Below are positions 14,364 to 25,514 of a stretch of DNA of 64,000 nt, in pieces. The stretch is from Heptranchias perlo. Its lineage: Eukaryota. Position 1 is the first letter of the stretch, and each line of letters begins with the position of its first letter. The stretch lies in assembly GCF_035084215.1 (NCBI RefSeq), contig NC_090326.1, positions 73,532,001 to 73,596,000 on the forward strand, in the 5' to 3' direction. The notes beneath the pieces were generated by a model. The model was not told the origin of the DNA. It made no database searches and saw nothing but the letters and a program-made list of their open reading frames with translations. Made by a program: the position numbers and the translations under genes.

Positions 14364-14537
14364 ATAAATGGGTTCCGGAGCTATGTTGATCTTTATGTGA
14401 AAGATAAATTGGATGAAACTGGCATTGCACTGAAGATGGTTCATGAATCTGTCAACGATCGATGGGAAGTGTGCCTGACCATGAGTGAGAAAGGCTTCCA
14501 GCAAATCAGCTTTGTAAATAGCATTGCTACCACAAAG
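14364..14537 (+). CDS. TOP2B: TOP2B exon b (INGFRSYVDLY...FVNSIATTK)
   Basis: tatag| ... |gttagt, 174 nt. Confidence 0.95.
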
Positions 14538-14693
14538 GTTAGTATTTGAGAACCAGTGCAGTTTTGTGTGTTATACATACATTCAACCATTGCTTTTTAA
14601 AAATACAAGAAACTTTGTTCATGGATATATTTTTCTTATTTGCAAATTAGAAATATTAAGATTCTGAATTTAATGCAGATCCTATTTTCACAG

Positions 14694-14795
14694 GGTGGTA
14701 GACATGCTGATTACGTAGTTGATCAGATTGTTAGTAAACTTATTGAAGTTGTCAAAAAGAAAAACAAAGCTGGAGTATCCGTGAAACCTTTTCAG
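14694..14795 (+). CDS. TOP2B: TOP2B exon c (GGRHADYVVDQ...VKPFQ)
   Basis: cacag| ... |gtaaga, 102 nt. Confidence 0.95.
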
Positions 14796-14897
14796 GTAAG
14801 ATTTTTTTTAGCAGAATTGTACTTAAACCTTAACATGAAAAAAAAACTCATTAATTTAGGAAGAAGATAAATACAGATGTTTTCTCCTTTTACATAG

Positions 14898-15035
14898 GTA
14901 AAAAATCATGTATGGGTCTTTGTCAACTGTCTGATTGAAAACCCAACATTTGATTCTCAAACAAAGGAAAATATGACTCTTCAACCTAAGAACTTTGGGT
15001 CCAAGTGTGTCCTTTCTGAGAAATTCTTCAAAGCG
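14898..15035 (+). CDS. TOP2B: TOP2B exon d (VKNHVWVFVNCLIENPTFDSQTKE...KFFKA)
   Basis: catag| ... |gttagt, 138 nt; contains QTK loop. Confidence 0.95.
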
Positions 15036-15589
15036 GTTAGTATTTCAATGTTAATACATCGATATTTACAATGTTCTATAAGTTTTAGTTTGCTTTCCAA
15101 CATCAGGTGTAAGTAGAAATTTTTCCCAACTTGATTTTTTTTTTAAATGGTTATTCTGAAAATAGAGTAAGTGATCTATTAAGAAGGTTTTTATAACATA
15201 TGTAACGCATGTACCGGCCATTTAGAGCATCTACTTTGCTCTACCGTTTCGGTCCTTTTTCAGGATCTGACCAATTTATCCCTTGCTTTTGTTGCCAAAT
15301 CAATTTTTACTCCAACCCATATTTCTCTGCTTTGTTGAATCTAGCTTCCTTTTGAATGCATTTGAATGGTGAGCTTAAGATCTAGGAGTACTTAAATGCA
15401 TAAGGAAAGTCAGGAATGGGGAAAGGCCTATCGAAGCACATCCATCTAGTATAACTTCACCCTCCTTTCATAAAGTTGGCTCCTTGTTTTCATTTTTTGT
15501 ACCTAGAAAACTAACTTTTTTTGCCCCTGACCTTTCATGTTACTCAAGCTTGTATTTCTTTGTTTTTCTGACTTGGATGAAATCTGTAG

Positions 15590-16040
15590 AGCCGGTTTTC
15601 ATCTCTTCTACTGGCTGGGATTGGGCTGGTACTGCAATTTAAAATAGCGATGCAGCACTTACCACCCCGTTCCCACTGATGGGGCTCTGCCATTTTTTGG
15701 TTGGGGCCTTGAAATGGCCAGGCCAGGCCAGGCTCCTGCTGGTAACAGGCAGGTTCCTCATTATCCCGTGCAAACCAGGGTCCTATGATGCCAATTGGAG
15801 CCCCATGAAATTTTGAAGTACCAATCGGTGGAACATGCACCATGCTTGCTTCCACTCATTGGTATTTGGCTTTGAGTGGCCTAACTAGTGGCCCTTAAAG
15901 GCTGCTCAGAAAAAGTTTAAAAAGCAGTTTGTAGGTGATTTTGTGGGGTCAGGAGGGTCATGAATGCTCTCATGACGACTGACCTTCCACAGCCCTCCCT
16001 TGGGATTGCCTCCCTACACTTAACTTACCTGGACCTGGTA
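15590..16040. mobile_element. Truncated GC-rich DNA transposon (MITE-like) fragment
   Basis: GC-rich block contrasting with the flanks; no second TIR. Confidence 0.35.
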
Positions 16041-16079
16041 GGATGATATTTACTAAGACAAGAGGTGAGGTTTCAAAAT

Positions 16080-16530
16080 GTTTTGGCTCAAGCCATAAAC
16101 TCCACACCCTTGCCACCGACTCCATCCTGCTCCCCAGTTATTCAGTCAAGCTGAAACAAGTCGTGCAATCCTCAGTGGCCTGTTTACTCAGAACTGAGTT
16201 TCAGACCCACATCCTATCCATCAGCAAAACTGTTTTCTTCTGTCTCCAGTGTCTCCTTAACAACCCCAATCCCAATGAAAATCTTTATCTCTAAACTCAA
16301 TCCCCTTCACCCACATATTACTATTGGTAGCAGCTTCATCTCTACACTCTTGAAATTCCCTCTCTAAAACCCTCTACGTCGCCTCTCTTGGGTTTTAAGG
16401 AGTTTTTTTTAAAACCCATCTTTTCCACCAAGCTTATGGTTTCCTCTACCAACTCCCACCATGGCTCAGTTACTTTCTCTCCCCTCTAGGATGATTCTCT
16501 GCATTAAAGACACTATATAAATGACAGTTG
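16080..16530 (+). mobile_element. L2 LINE 3' fragment
   Basis: Reverse complement of parts of 57440-58380; tail aaagacactatataaatg. Confidence 0.6.
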
Positions 16531-16696
16531 CTTATGTACTAGGAAGTGTTTTTCCAACCGTCATGGGGTTTCTCAAGATTTCAGCATTCTTTGGTTTCTT
16601 TGCATTTTGTATTGTTAAAATGTACAGAATGTTTTGGCATCAAGATTGACATATTCACAGTTGTAAAGGGAATGAAAATCTGTTTGGTCCTTCCAG

Positions 16697-16835
16697 GCAA
16701 ATAACTGCGGCATTGTTGAAAGTATACTAAATTGGGTCAAATTTAAAGCCCAGACCCAACTTAACAAGAAGTGTTCCTCAGTAAAACACAGCAAAATTAA
16801 AGGCATTCCAAAACTGGATGATGCCAATGATGCAG
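16697..16835 (+). CDS. TOP2B: TOP2B exon e (ANNCGIVESIL...KLDDANDA)
   Basis: ttccag| ... |gtacag, 139 nt, ends phase 1. Confidence 0.94.
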
Positions 16836-17093
16836 GTACAGTAAGTGTTTTTGCTTTCATATTTACTAGAATAGAGATAACTTAAGCTACCTTTTAGAGC
16901 CTTTATTAAAAATAGAATGGTTCATTCCTATTATGGTCATTAGTGAAAGCTTGTCTTAAGTTTGGAGCTACAGTAGTTGCCAAAAGCTCATTCAGATATT
17001 TGAGTATAAAATGCTTTTTTTAAATTAGTGTAACATCAGTCTTTAATAAGAAAAACTGTACAAGTTACGGACATGTATGTATTTCTGAAACAG

Positions 17094-17251
17094 GTGGCAG
17101 ACATTCTTCAGACTGTACATTGATTCTGACAGAAGGAGATTCAGCCAAATCCTTGGCTGTGTCAGGTCTGGGTGTCATTGGGCGTGATAGATATGGTGTG
17201 TTCCCACTGAGGGGTAAACTTCTCAATGTTCGAGAAGCTTCACACAAGCAG
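17094..17251 (+). CDS. TOP2B: TOP2B exon f (GGRHSSDCTLILTEGDSAK...PLRGKLLNVREASHKQ), TOPRIM
   Basis: aacag| ... |gtatga, 158 nt; EGDSA and PLRGK motifs. Confidence 0.96.
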
Positions 17252-17582
17252 GTATGACTGCACACAGGTGATAGAATCTAACAATTCATATTGCATTACG
17301 CTTTCACATTTTGAATGAAGTATATGCCTTTTTGACCCTCAGTCAGATAGAAATCTCTTGCATGTAAAACAACTGTGAGTAAAGCTGTTGAGATGTAACC
17401 TCAAAATGAAAGTTCTGGCAAGATATTATCATTGGCGTGCTAATTAAGAAATAAGTTTTTAAAATATTTGTGTATATGTGTGAGTGTATATATGTTGGGG
17501 TGTGTCTGTGCACATTAACCAGTGCGACATTTTCGGACGGTTTCTACCTTTCTTCAGATTATTTTGTTTCTCTTATCATAGA

Positions 17583-18030
17583 TACGGGTTAAGTTACGAG
17601 GAGAGATTACACAAATTGGGGTTGTATTCTCTGGAGTTTCGAAGGTTAAGGGGTGATCTGATCGAAGTTTATAAGATATTAAGGGGGACAGATAGGGTGG
17701 ATAGAGAGAGAAACTATTTCCGCTGGTTGGGGATTCTAGGAGTAGGGGGCACAGTCTAAAAATTAGAGCCAGACCTTTCAGGAGTGAGATTAGAAAACAT
17801 TTCTACACACAAAGGGTGGTAGAAGTTTAGAACTCTCTTCCGCAAACGGCAATTGATACTAGCTCAATTGCTAAATTTAAATCCGAGATAGATAGCTTTT
17901 TGGCAACCAAAGGTATTAAGGGATATGGGCCAAAGGCAGGTATATGGAGTTAGATTAAAGATCAACCATGATCTTATCAAATAGCGGAGCAGGCACGAGG
18001 GGCTGAATGGCCTACTCATATTCCTATATG
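17583..18030 (+). mobile_element. CR1 3' fragment
   Basis: LSYEERLHKLGLYSLEFRRLRGDLIEVYKI; 3' UTR gggctgaatggcctact. Confidence 0.88.
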
Positions 18031-18679
18031 ACTCACCCACGAGAGAGATCTAACTCCCCATACATTTTGGGAGAATGTATCCCAGCTTTGAGATCCATGT
18101 AACCTTTCTGTAATGCATCCTGGTTAACTAAAGAAAATTATGTTCATTATTTATTGGCCCTATCCAAACTTTGATAGGATCTCAGTTGTCTTCAGTAAAC
18201 GAATGGAGCATCACACCTACAGACCTCATTATAAGTTTAAAACTATTAAGCAAATTCACTTAGCAAAAAGGCAAACAAACAAATAGTGGAAGTAGTTTTT
18301 CCAATTTCCTTCATCAAAACCTCCTATAATTTTGAATGCCTCTCAAATCTTCTCTTTGCTATCTTAGTTCTAAAGAAAGGGGCGCCAGTTTCTCTGATCT
18401 CTCCTCATAACTAAAGCCTGTCATACTTGGTATCACATTAATGAATCTTTTCTCCATGACATCTTTTCTAAAGTAAGGCACCTAAAACTGTTTCTTTTCT
18501 TAATTTTTTTCACGACTGCCAGGCGTCTAACTGTTGTTAGAAATTTCAAACTGGCTGTCCAATTCAAGCAGAATAGTGTTACAGGGATTTTGTGTAGTTT
18601 GAATAATTGTCCACTCAAATTTTAAAATATTGTTGTTGTATGCAAACCGAACCAAAAGCATGGCCTTGTTAAATTTGAA

Positions 18680-19217
18680 TTTTTTTTTATTCGTTCATGG
18701 GATGTGGGCGTCACTGGCAAGGCCAGTATTTATTGCACATCCCGAATTGCCCTTGAGGAGGTGGTGGTGAGCCGCCTTCTTGAACCGCTGCAGTCCGTCT
18801 GGTGAAGGTTTTCCCACAGTGCTGTTAGGTAGGGAGTTCCAGGATTTTGACCCAGCGGTGATATTTCCAAGTCGGGATGGTGTGTGACTTGGAGGGGAAC
18901 GTGCAGGTGGTGTTGTTCCCATGCACCTGCTGCCCTTGTTCTTCCAGGTGGTAGGTCGCGGGTTTGGGAGGTGCTGTTGAAGAAGCCTTCGCAAGTTGCT
19001 GCAGCGCATCCTGTAGATGCTACACACTGTAGTCACAGTGCGCCGGTGGTGAAGGGAATGAATGTTTAGGATGGTGGATGGGTTGCCAATCAAGCGGGCT
19101 GCTTTGACCTGGATGGTGTCGAGCTTCTTGATTGTTGTTGGAGCTGCACTCATCCAGGCAAGTGGGGAGTATTCCATCACACTCCTGACTTGTGCCTTGT
19201 AGATGGTGGAAAGGCTT
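18680..19217 (-). mobile_element. 3' fragment of the same LINE family as 7387-8794
   Basis: High similarity to 7387-7940 including the poly-A tail. Confidence 0.88.
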
Positions 19218-19859
19218 CCCTTATCAAGCCTGTAACCAACAAAGCATACCACATTGAGTCGAGTTAAGTTTGGTAAAGGAATCTGGATGGCAATAGTTTT
19301 TTAAAAATTGGTTAGGTACCATGATTAGATTTAGAGGAACAGCCACCAAACAAAAACTGGGAACAAATACTTGATTTTTGTTGCATTACTTCCCACTCCC
19401 CTCTTTGAACTCAATGCTTGTTGGTGTCACTGATTTGGCGCTTGTGAGGATCAAAACTAGATTCATTCCTGATGTTACAGTGCATCGACACTCCTGTTTT
19501 GGAAACCACTACAATGTTGCATGACCATATTGTGTCCTCACAAACAATGCTGCATTGCAAAAGACATGCATTTTTGTCACAGGTTGACTGTAAGGGACTG
19601 TGATTAGAACACACCGTAACCTTCAATTCATATAAGTACAATTGTAGCTTCTGTATTACCAAGACTGCACTTAAACATTGTTTTTCAATTGCACATTAAT
19701 CTATCTCTTGTGATATTAACTTGGGACTTAGATAAACAACTGGGTATTCCTCCCTATAGTCATTTCCTTGGCTCAGTACAGTCTGTGCATCGGTATGGAC
19801 CATGAAAGCAAGAGAATAATCAGGACCAGCTAGTATGAGTTTTGTGCACATGGCATTTT

Positions 19860-20200
19860 TTTGTATACCCATGTCATTATAACAAGTGCAGAGTGCAAAA
19901 ACCCTTCAGGCTTAGAGCCTTCACATACCTGGTGTCTTCTAGTTTTTCTAGAATCTCCTCCATTTGAGGCATGGTGTCGGCTTTATCCTCTGTGTAGTCA
20001 TTTAGCTTATAATCTACACAGATTTTTTGGTCTCTCTTTTTTAATGTACTGCTGCCATTGGGGATAACCTCTCTGGGATTACCATATTGCTCCCAACGCA
20101 ACATCTCCTGTACCTCCTTTATGTGTAATGGTGCACTTTTCTCTTTTCCCTCCTCCACACCCAGTAGCAATAAGTTCCCTCACACTGTGTGGTCAAGGGG
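19860..20200 (-). mobile_element. Ty3/Gypsy LTR retrotransposon RT relic
   Basis: KEVQEML...KK..KICVDYKLN..T..DTMPQMEEILEKL resembles the Gypsy CVDYRKLN/YPMPRIEE motif. Confidence 0.6.
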
Positions 20201-20693
20201 TATGTGTAATGATGCCCTGAAGTAATGCAAATAGTGCGAACCTTGTAGATTCTTGGCGTACTTTACAATACTTTTGATTTGTGAATTTTAAAAAATGGGG
20301 GGAAATTGTATATAATTTTAATTGGATATAGCTCCAGTAATTTAATTTATTTTTTTAAAGCCCTGGCACTCAAATATTAGATGGATACCTGAAATTCTGT
20401 AGCTAATTGAACGGTTTTACACATTTGATGTCTGAATTTGTCAAGACTTCAGCTCTTGAATTAATTTTAAGGCATCACTGAAAGTGCCACTTCTTGTAAT
20501 TTTCATAACAGTAGTTGAACTAATTACAATTGCTGTGGTTACTGTTGTAAGTGACTACCTGTGTATATGTCAAATGTAAAAAAGATTTCAAGTGGATATG
20601 GTGCAAATTCCAGTCTGTTAATTAACAGCATGAAAGTTGTGAAATATTGCAATTCTACAAAAGCAGAGGTATGAATGACTTTTTGTCATGCAG

Positions 20694-20819
20694 ATAATGG
20701 AGAATGCAGAAATCAACAACATTATCAAGATAGTTGGCCTTCAGTACAAGAAAAGTTACGATGATGCAGAATCTCTGAAATCTCTTCGCTATGGCAAGAT
20801 TATGATCATGACTGATCAG
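20694..20819 (+). CDS. TOP2B: TOP2B exon g (IMENAEINNIIKIVGL...KIMIMTDQ)
   Basis: tgcag| ... |gtcaga, 126 nt, phase 0/0. Confidence 0.95.
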
Positions 20820-21659
20820 GTCAGAATGTCAAGTTAAATTAAAATGTTTAATTAAAACAAAATATGAATATTCATAGTCCTCTGTTAACATTACAGAAAA
20901 TCTGACATTGTGAGCACTATAATGCTGCTGCATGCAAATATTTAAAGTACTAGTTGATCTCCCGGGGTATTGCACACTGAATGTCGGAGAATATGGTCAC
21001 TATTGCCTTACATGCTGCTGTTTCTCACTGTTCTCTTCTGCTTCTGTCTCTTGCTCTTCTCTTTTCTTTTAATTATTTTTGTTTCTCTCATCTGTTTTTT
21101 TTTCTTTTTATCTTTCCTTTTGGGTAGGGATGGTGGGTGGCATGGCAGGGAAATGTGTCACAATAACTGCAGGTTGCATTTGGTGTATGGAATGCTGGTA
21201 AAATGTAGCTTTCTGGTTTCCTTTCCATCCCTTCCTCTACTCCTTCATCTCCCAAATGCACACCTCTTTCCTACCATCTCCTTACTACCATCACTACCTT
21301 TCCTCTTTTTTCCTTTGAACTGCCTACTCAACCTCTGAATTCTGCCTTTCTTCTCGACCTGCTGTCAGTCTCCTTGCCCTTCTATTGATTAACCCCGTCC
21401 TACTTGCTCCCTCCAAGGGCAAGTGGTGAGAGGCCAGAGGTCCACTCACATGCAATTAGTTTAACTCAGCCCCTTTCCCTCATTTTCTACTTATCTGTCT
21501 TCCTCAAAGAGGCTTTGATTGCTTTCAAAATTCAACTTCCTTTATATAAAAAAAATTAGAATGAGGAAACAAACACTCTTTTTCTCTTTCTCAAACCGAT
21601 CTCCTCTGTCTCATAGTTAGAAATTAGAATATCTATTTCACAGGTGTAAGCAAGGCAAA

Positions 21660-22039
21660 GTTAAAGAAAGAGAACTTGCAAATATATAGTGCCTTTCACG
21701 AAATCAGGATGTCGCAAAGAACATCACAGCCAATTAAGTGCTTTTGAAATGTAGTCACTAGGAAATATGGCAGACAGTTTATGCACAGCAAGGTTCCGTA
21801 AGCAGCAGTGAGATAAATGACTAGATAATCTGTTTGTGTTGTTGGTCGAGAGATAAATATTGGCCAGGCCACCAGGAGAACTCCCCTGCGCCTCTTCGAT
21901 TAGTGTAATGGGAAGTTTTATATCCACTAGAGAGGGCAGACAGAGCTTACGTTTAATGCCTCATAAATAGTCTGTAGCTCCGACAATGCAGCACTCCCTT
22001 AGTACTGTATTGAAGTACTAGCCCAGATTATGTGCTCAA
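21660..22039 (-). mobile_element. Deu-domain SINE (SacSINE1-like), head missing
   Basis: Reverse complement of the SINE at 48215-48640; L2-type 3' tail. Confidence 0.75.
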
Positions 22040-22662
22040 CAATAACTTGCATTTATATAGAGCCTTTGATGTAATAAAATCTCTCAAGACACTTCACAGG
22101 AGCTTAATCAGACAAAAATTAACACCAAAGAATACGACATTAGACGTCTTAAAGGAGTAGAGAAAGGTGGAGAGATAAAGGGTTTTGGGAAGGAATTCCA
22201 GCGCTTAGGGCCTAGATGGCTGAAGGCACAGTCGCCAATGGTGGGGCAAAGGAACGGGGAGATGCACATGAGGCCTGAGTTGGAGGAACACATGGAGGGT
22301 TGTAGGTCTGGAGGAGGTTGCAAAGATAGGAGGGGTGAGCCCATGCTGAGAATTGAACACTAGAATTATAAAATATGTGGCGTTGATGGACCTGAAGCCA
22401 GTGTAGATCAGCAAGCATAGGGATGATGGGTGAAGGGGACTTGGTGCGAGTTAGGATACAGGCAGAAGAGTTTTGGATGAGCTCAAGTTTATGAAGGGTG
22501 GAGGGTGGAAGATGGGAGGTCAGCCAGAAGAGCATTGGGGATGAGGGTTTCAGCAGTCGATGGACTGAGGCAGGGACGGACATGGGCGATATTACAGAGT
22601 TGGAAATAGGCGGTCTTTGTGATGGAGAAGATATGAGGTCGGAAGCTCAGCTCTGGGTCAAA
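22040..22662 (-). mobile_element. L2 LINE 3' fragment
   Basis: LHKLELIQNSSACILTRTKS.SPI.P.LADLHWL; L2 tail. Confidence 0.82.
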
Positions 22663-25261
22663 TACAGACAGGCAAAAAGGAAAAGGAGGTGGGGTGATGT
22701 TAGTAATGGATGAAATCAGAGCAATAGTGAGAAAGGATATTGGCTCAGAAAATCAAGATGTAGAATCAGTCTGGGTGGAGTTAAGAAGCACCAAGGGGCA
22801 GAAAACACTAGTGGGAGTTGTCTATAGGCTTCCAAACAGTAGTGGTAATGTAGGGGATGGCATCAAACAGGAAATTAGAGATGCATGTAACAAGGGTACC
22901 ACAGTAATTATGGGTGACTTTAATCTTCATATAGACTGGCCAAACCAAATTAGCAATAATACTGTGGAGGATGAATTCCTGGAGTGTGTATGAGATGGTT
23001 TTTTAGACCAGTGTGTTGAGGAGCCAACCAGGGAACAGGCTATCCTAGATTGGGTATTGTGCAATGAGAAGGGGTTAATTAATAATCTTGTTGTGCGGGG
23101 TCCTTTAGGGAAGAGTGACCATAAACATGATAGAATTCTTCATTAAGATGGAAAATGAAGTAGTCTAATCCGAAACTATGGTCCTAAATCTAAACAAAGG
23201 AAACTATGAAGGTATGAGGAGTGAGTTGGCTATGATAGATTGGGAAGTTTCATTAAAAGGCATGACGGTGGATAGGCAATGGCTAACATTTAAGGAACGA
23301 ATGCATGAACTGCAATAATTATAAATTCCTTTCTGGCGCAAAAACACAAAAGGAAAAGCAGCCCAACCATGGCTAACAAAATAAATTAAGGATAGTATTA
23401 GATCCAAAAAGGAGTCACATAAAGTTGCCAGAAAAAGTAGCAAGCCTGAGGATTGGGAGCAGTTTAGAATTCAGCAAAAAAGGACCAAGAGATTGATTAA
23501 GAGGGGAAAAATAGAGTATGAGAGTAAACTTGCAAGGAACATAAAAGTGGACTGTAAAAGCTTCTATAAGTATGTAAAAAGAAAAAGATTAGTGAAGACA
23601 AATGTTAGGTCCCTTACAGTCAGAAATGGGAGAATTTATAATGGGGAGCAAGGAAATGGCAGAGCAATTAAACAAATACTTTGGTTCAGTCTTCACGGAA
23701 GAGGACACAAATAACTTCCCAGAAATGCTAGGGAACCAAGGGACTAGTGAGAAGGAGGAATTAAAGGAAATTAGTATTAGTAAAAAAAATAGTGCTGGAG
23801 AAATTAATGGGACTGAAAGCCAATAAATCCCTAGAGCCTGATAATCTGCATCCCAGAGTACTAAAAGAGGTAGCCATGGAAATAGTGGACACATTAGTTG
23901 TTATCTTCCAAAATTCTATAGATCATGGAACAGTTCCTGCAGATTGGAGGGTGGCAAATGTAACCCCATTATTTAAAAAAGGAGGGAGAGAGAAAACAGG
24001 GAACCACAAACCGGTTAGCCTAACATCAGTAGAAGGGAAAATACTAGAGTCTATTATAAAGGATGTGATAACAGGACACTTAGAAAATATCAATGGGATT
24101 AGACAAAGTCAACATGGGTTTATGAAAGGGAAATCATGTTTGACAAATCTATTGGAGTTTTTTGAGGATGTAACTGGTAGAGTAGATAAGGGAGAACCAG
24201 TGGATGTGGTTTATTTGGATTTTCAGAAGGCCTTTGATAAAGTCCCACATAAGAAGTTAGTGTGCAAAATTAAAGCACATGGGATTGGGGGTACTGTATT
24301 GGCATGGATTGAAAATTGGTTAACAGACAGGAAACAGAGAGTAGGAATAAATGGGTCTTTTTTGGGGTAGCAGGCAGTAACTAGGGGGGTACTGCAGGGA
24401 TCAGTTCTTGCGCCCCAGCTATTCACAATATATATCAATGATTTGGATGAGGGAACCAAATGTAATATTTCGAAGTTTGCTGATGACACAAAACTAGGTG
24501 GGATCGTGAGTTGTGAGGAGGATGCAAAGAGGCTTCAAGGTGATTTAGACAAGTTGAGTGTGTGGGCAAATACATGGCAGATGCAGAATAACATGGATAA
24601 ATGTGAAGTTATCCACTTCGGAAGGAGAAACAGAAAGGCAGAGTATTATTTAAATGGTGATAGATTGGGGAGTGTTGATGTACAAAGGGACCTGCGTGTC
24701 CTTATACACCAGGTGCAGCAAGCAGTTAGGAAGGCAAATGGTTTGTTGGCCTTCATTGAAAGAGGATTTGAGCAGAGGAGCAAGAATGTCTTACTGCAGT
24801 TATACAGGGCCTTGGTAAGACCACACTTGGAGTACTGTGTGCAGTTTTGGTCTCCTTTCCTAAGAAAGGATATACTTGCCATAGAGCGAGTGCAGCGAAG
24901 GTTCACCAGACTGATTCCTGGGATGGCAGGGATCTCATTGAAACATATAAAATTTTGACAGGGCTAGACAGACTGGAAGCAGGGAGGATGTTTCCCCTGG
25001 CTGGGGTGGGGGGGGGCATCCAGAACGAGGGGTCACAGTCTCAGGATACGGGGTAAGACATTTAGGACTGAGATGAGGAGAAATTTCTTCACTCAGAGGG
25101 TGGTGAACCTGTGGAATTCTCTACCACAGAAGGCTGTGGAGGCCAAATCACTGAATGTATTTAAGAAGGAGCTAGATAGATTTCTAGACACAAAAGGCAT
25201 CAAGGGGTATGGGCTCGCAGGGCCGATTGGCCAACTCCTGCTCCTATTTTCTATGTTTCTA
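22663..25261 (+). mobile_element. CR1 LINE ORF2 (endonuclease + RT) with 3' tail, disrupted
   Basis: VYRxP, GDFN, QHGFMKGKSCLTNL, YLDFQKAFDKV, KFADD; tail ttctatgtttcta. Confidence 0.92.
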
Positions 25262-25514
25262 CAACAGTTACGAGGTAAATAAACAATCTGGGTGAAATTA
25301 ATTGCTCACCACCTTTGTCTTCATGTCATGCAGATGTGATAATGGTGTTGTCAGAACCTCAAGACTTATCAGCTCAATCTTCTCCAGTGTTCAGAACATC
25401 ATAGGAGGACCTTGTTGCTACTTCATGGGAGTAGATTCTCCATTGCAAGTTGGCTTCAACATTTTTGAAAAAATGGATTATCCGAAACAAATTGTTGCTA
25501 AGGTTATGCTGCAG

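Noticed and set aside
20970-21338. Hydrophobic 122-aa ORF resembling a membrane protein
   Set aside because: Translation of a TC-rich low-complexity tract with a non-ATG start.
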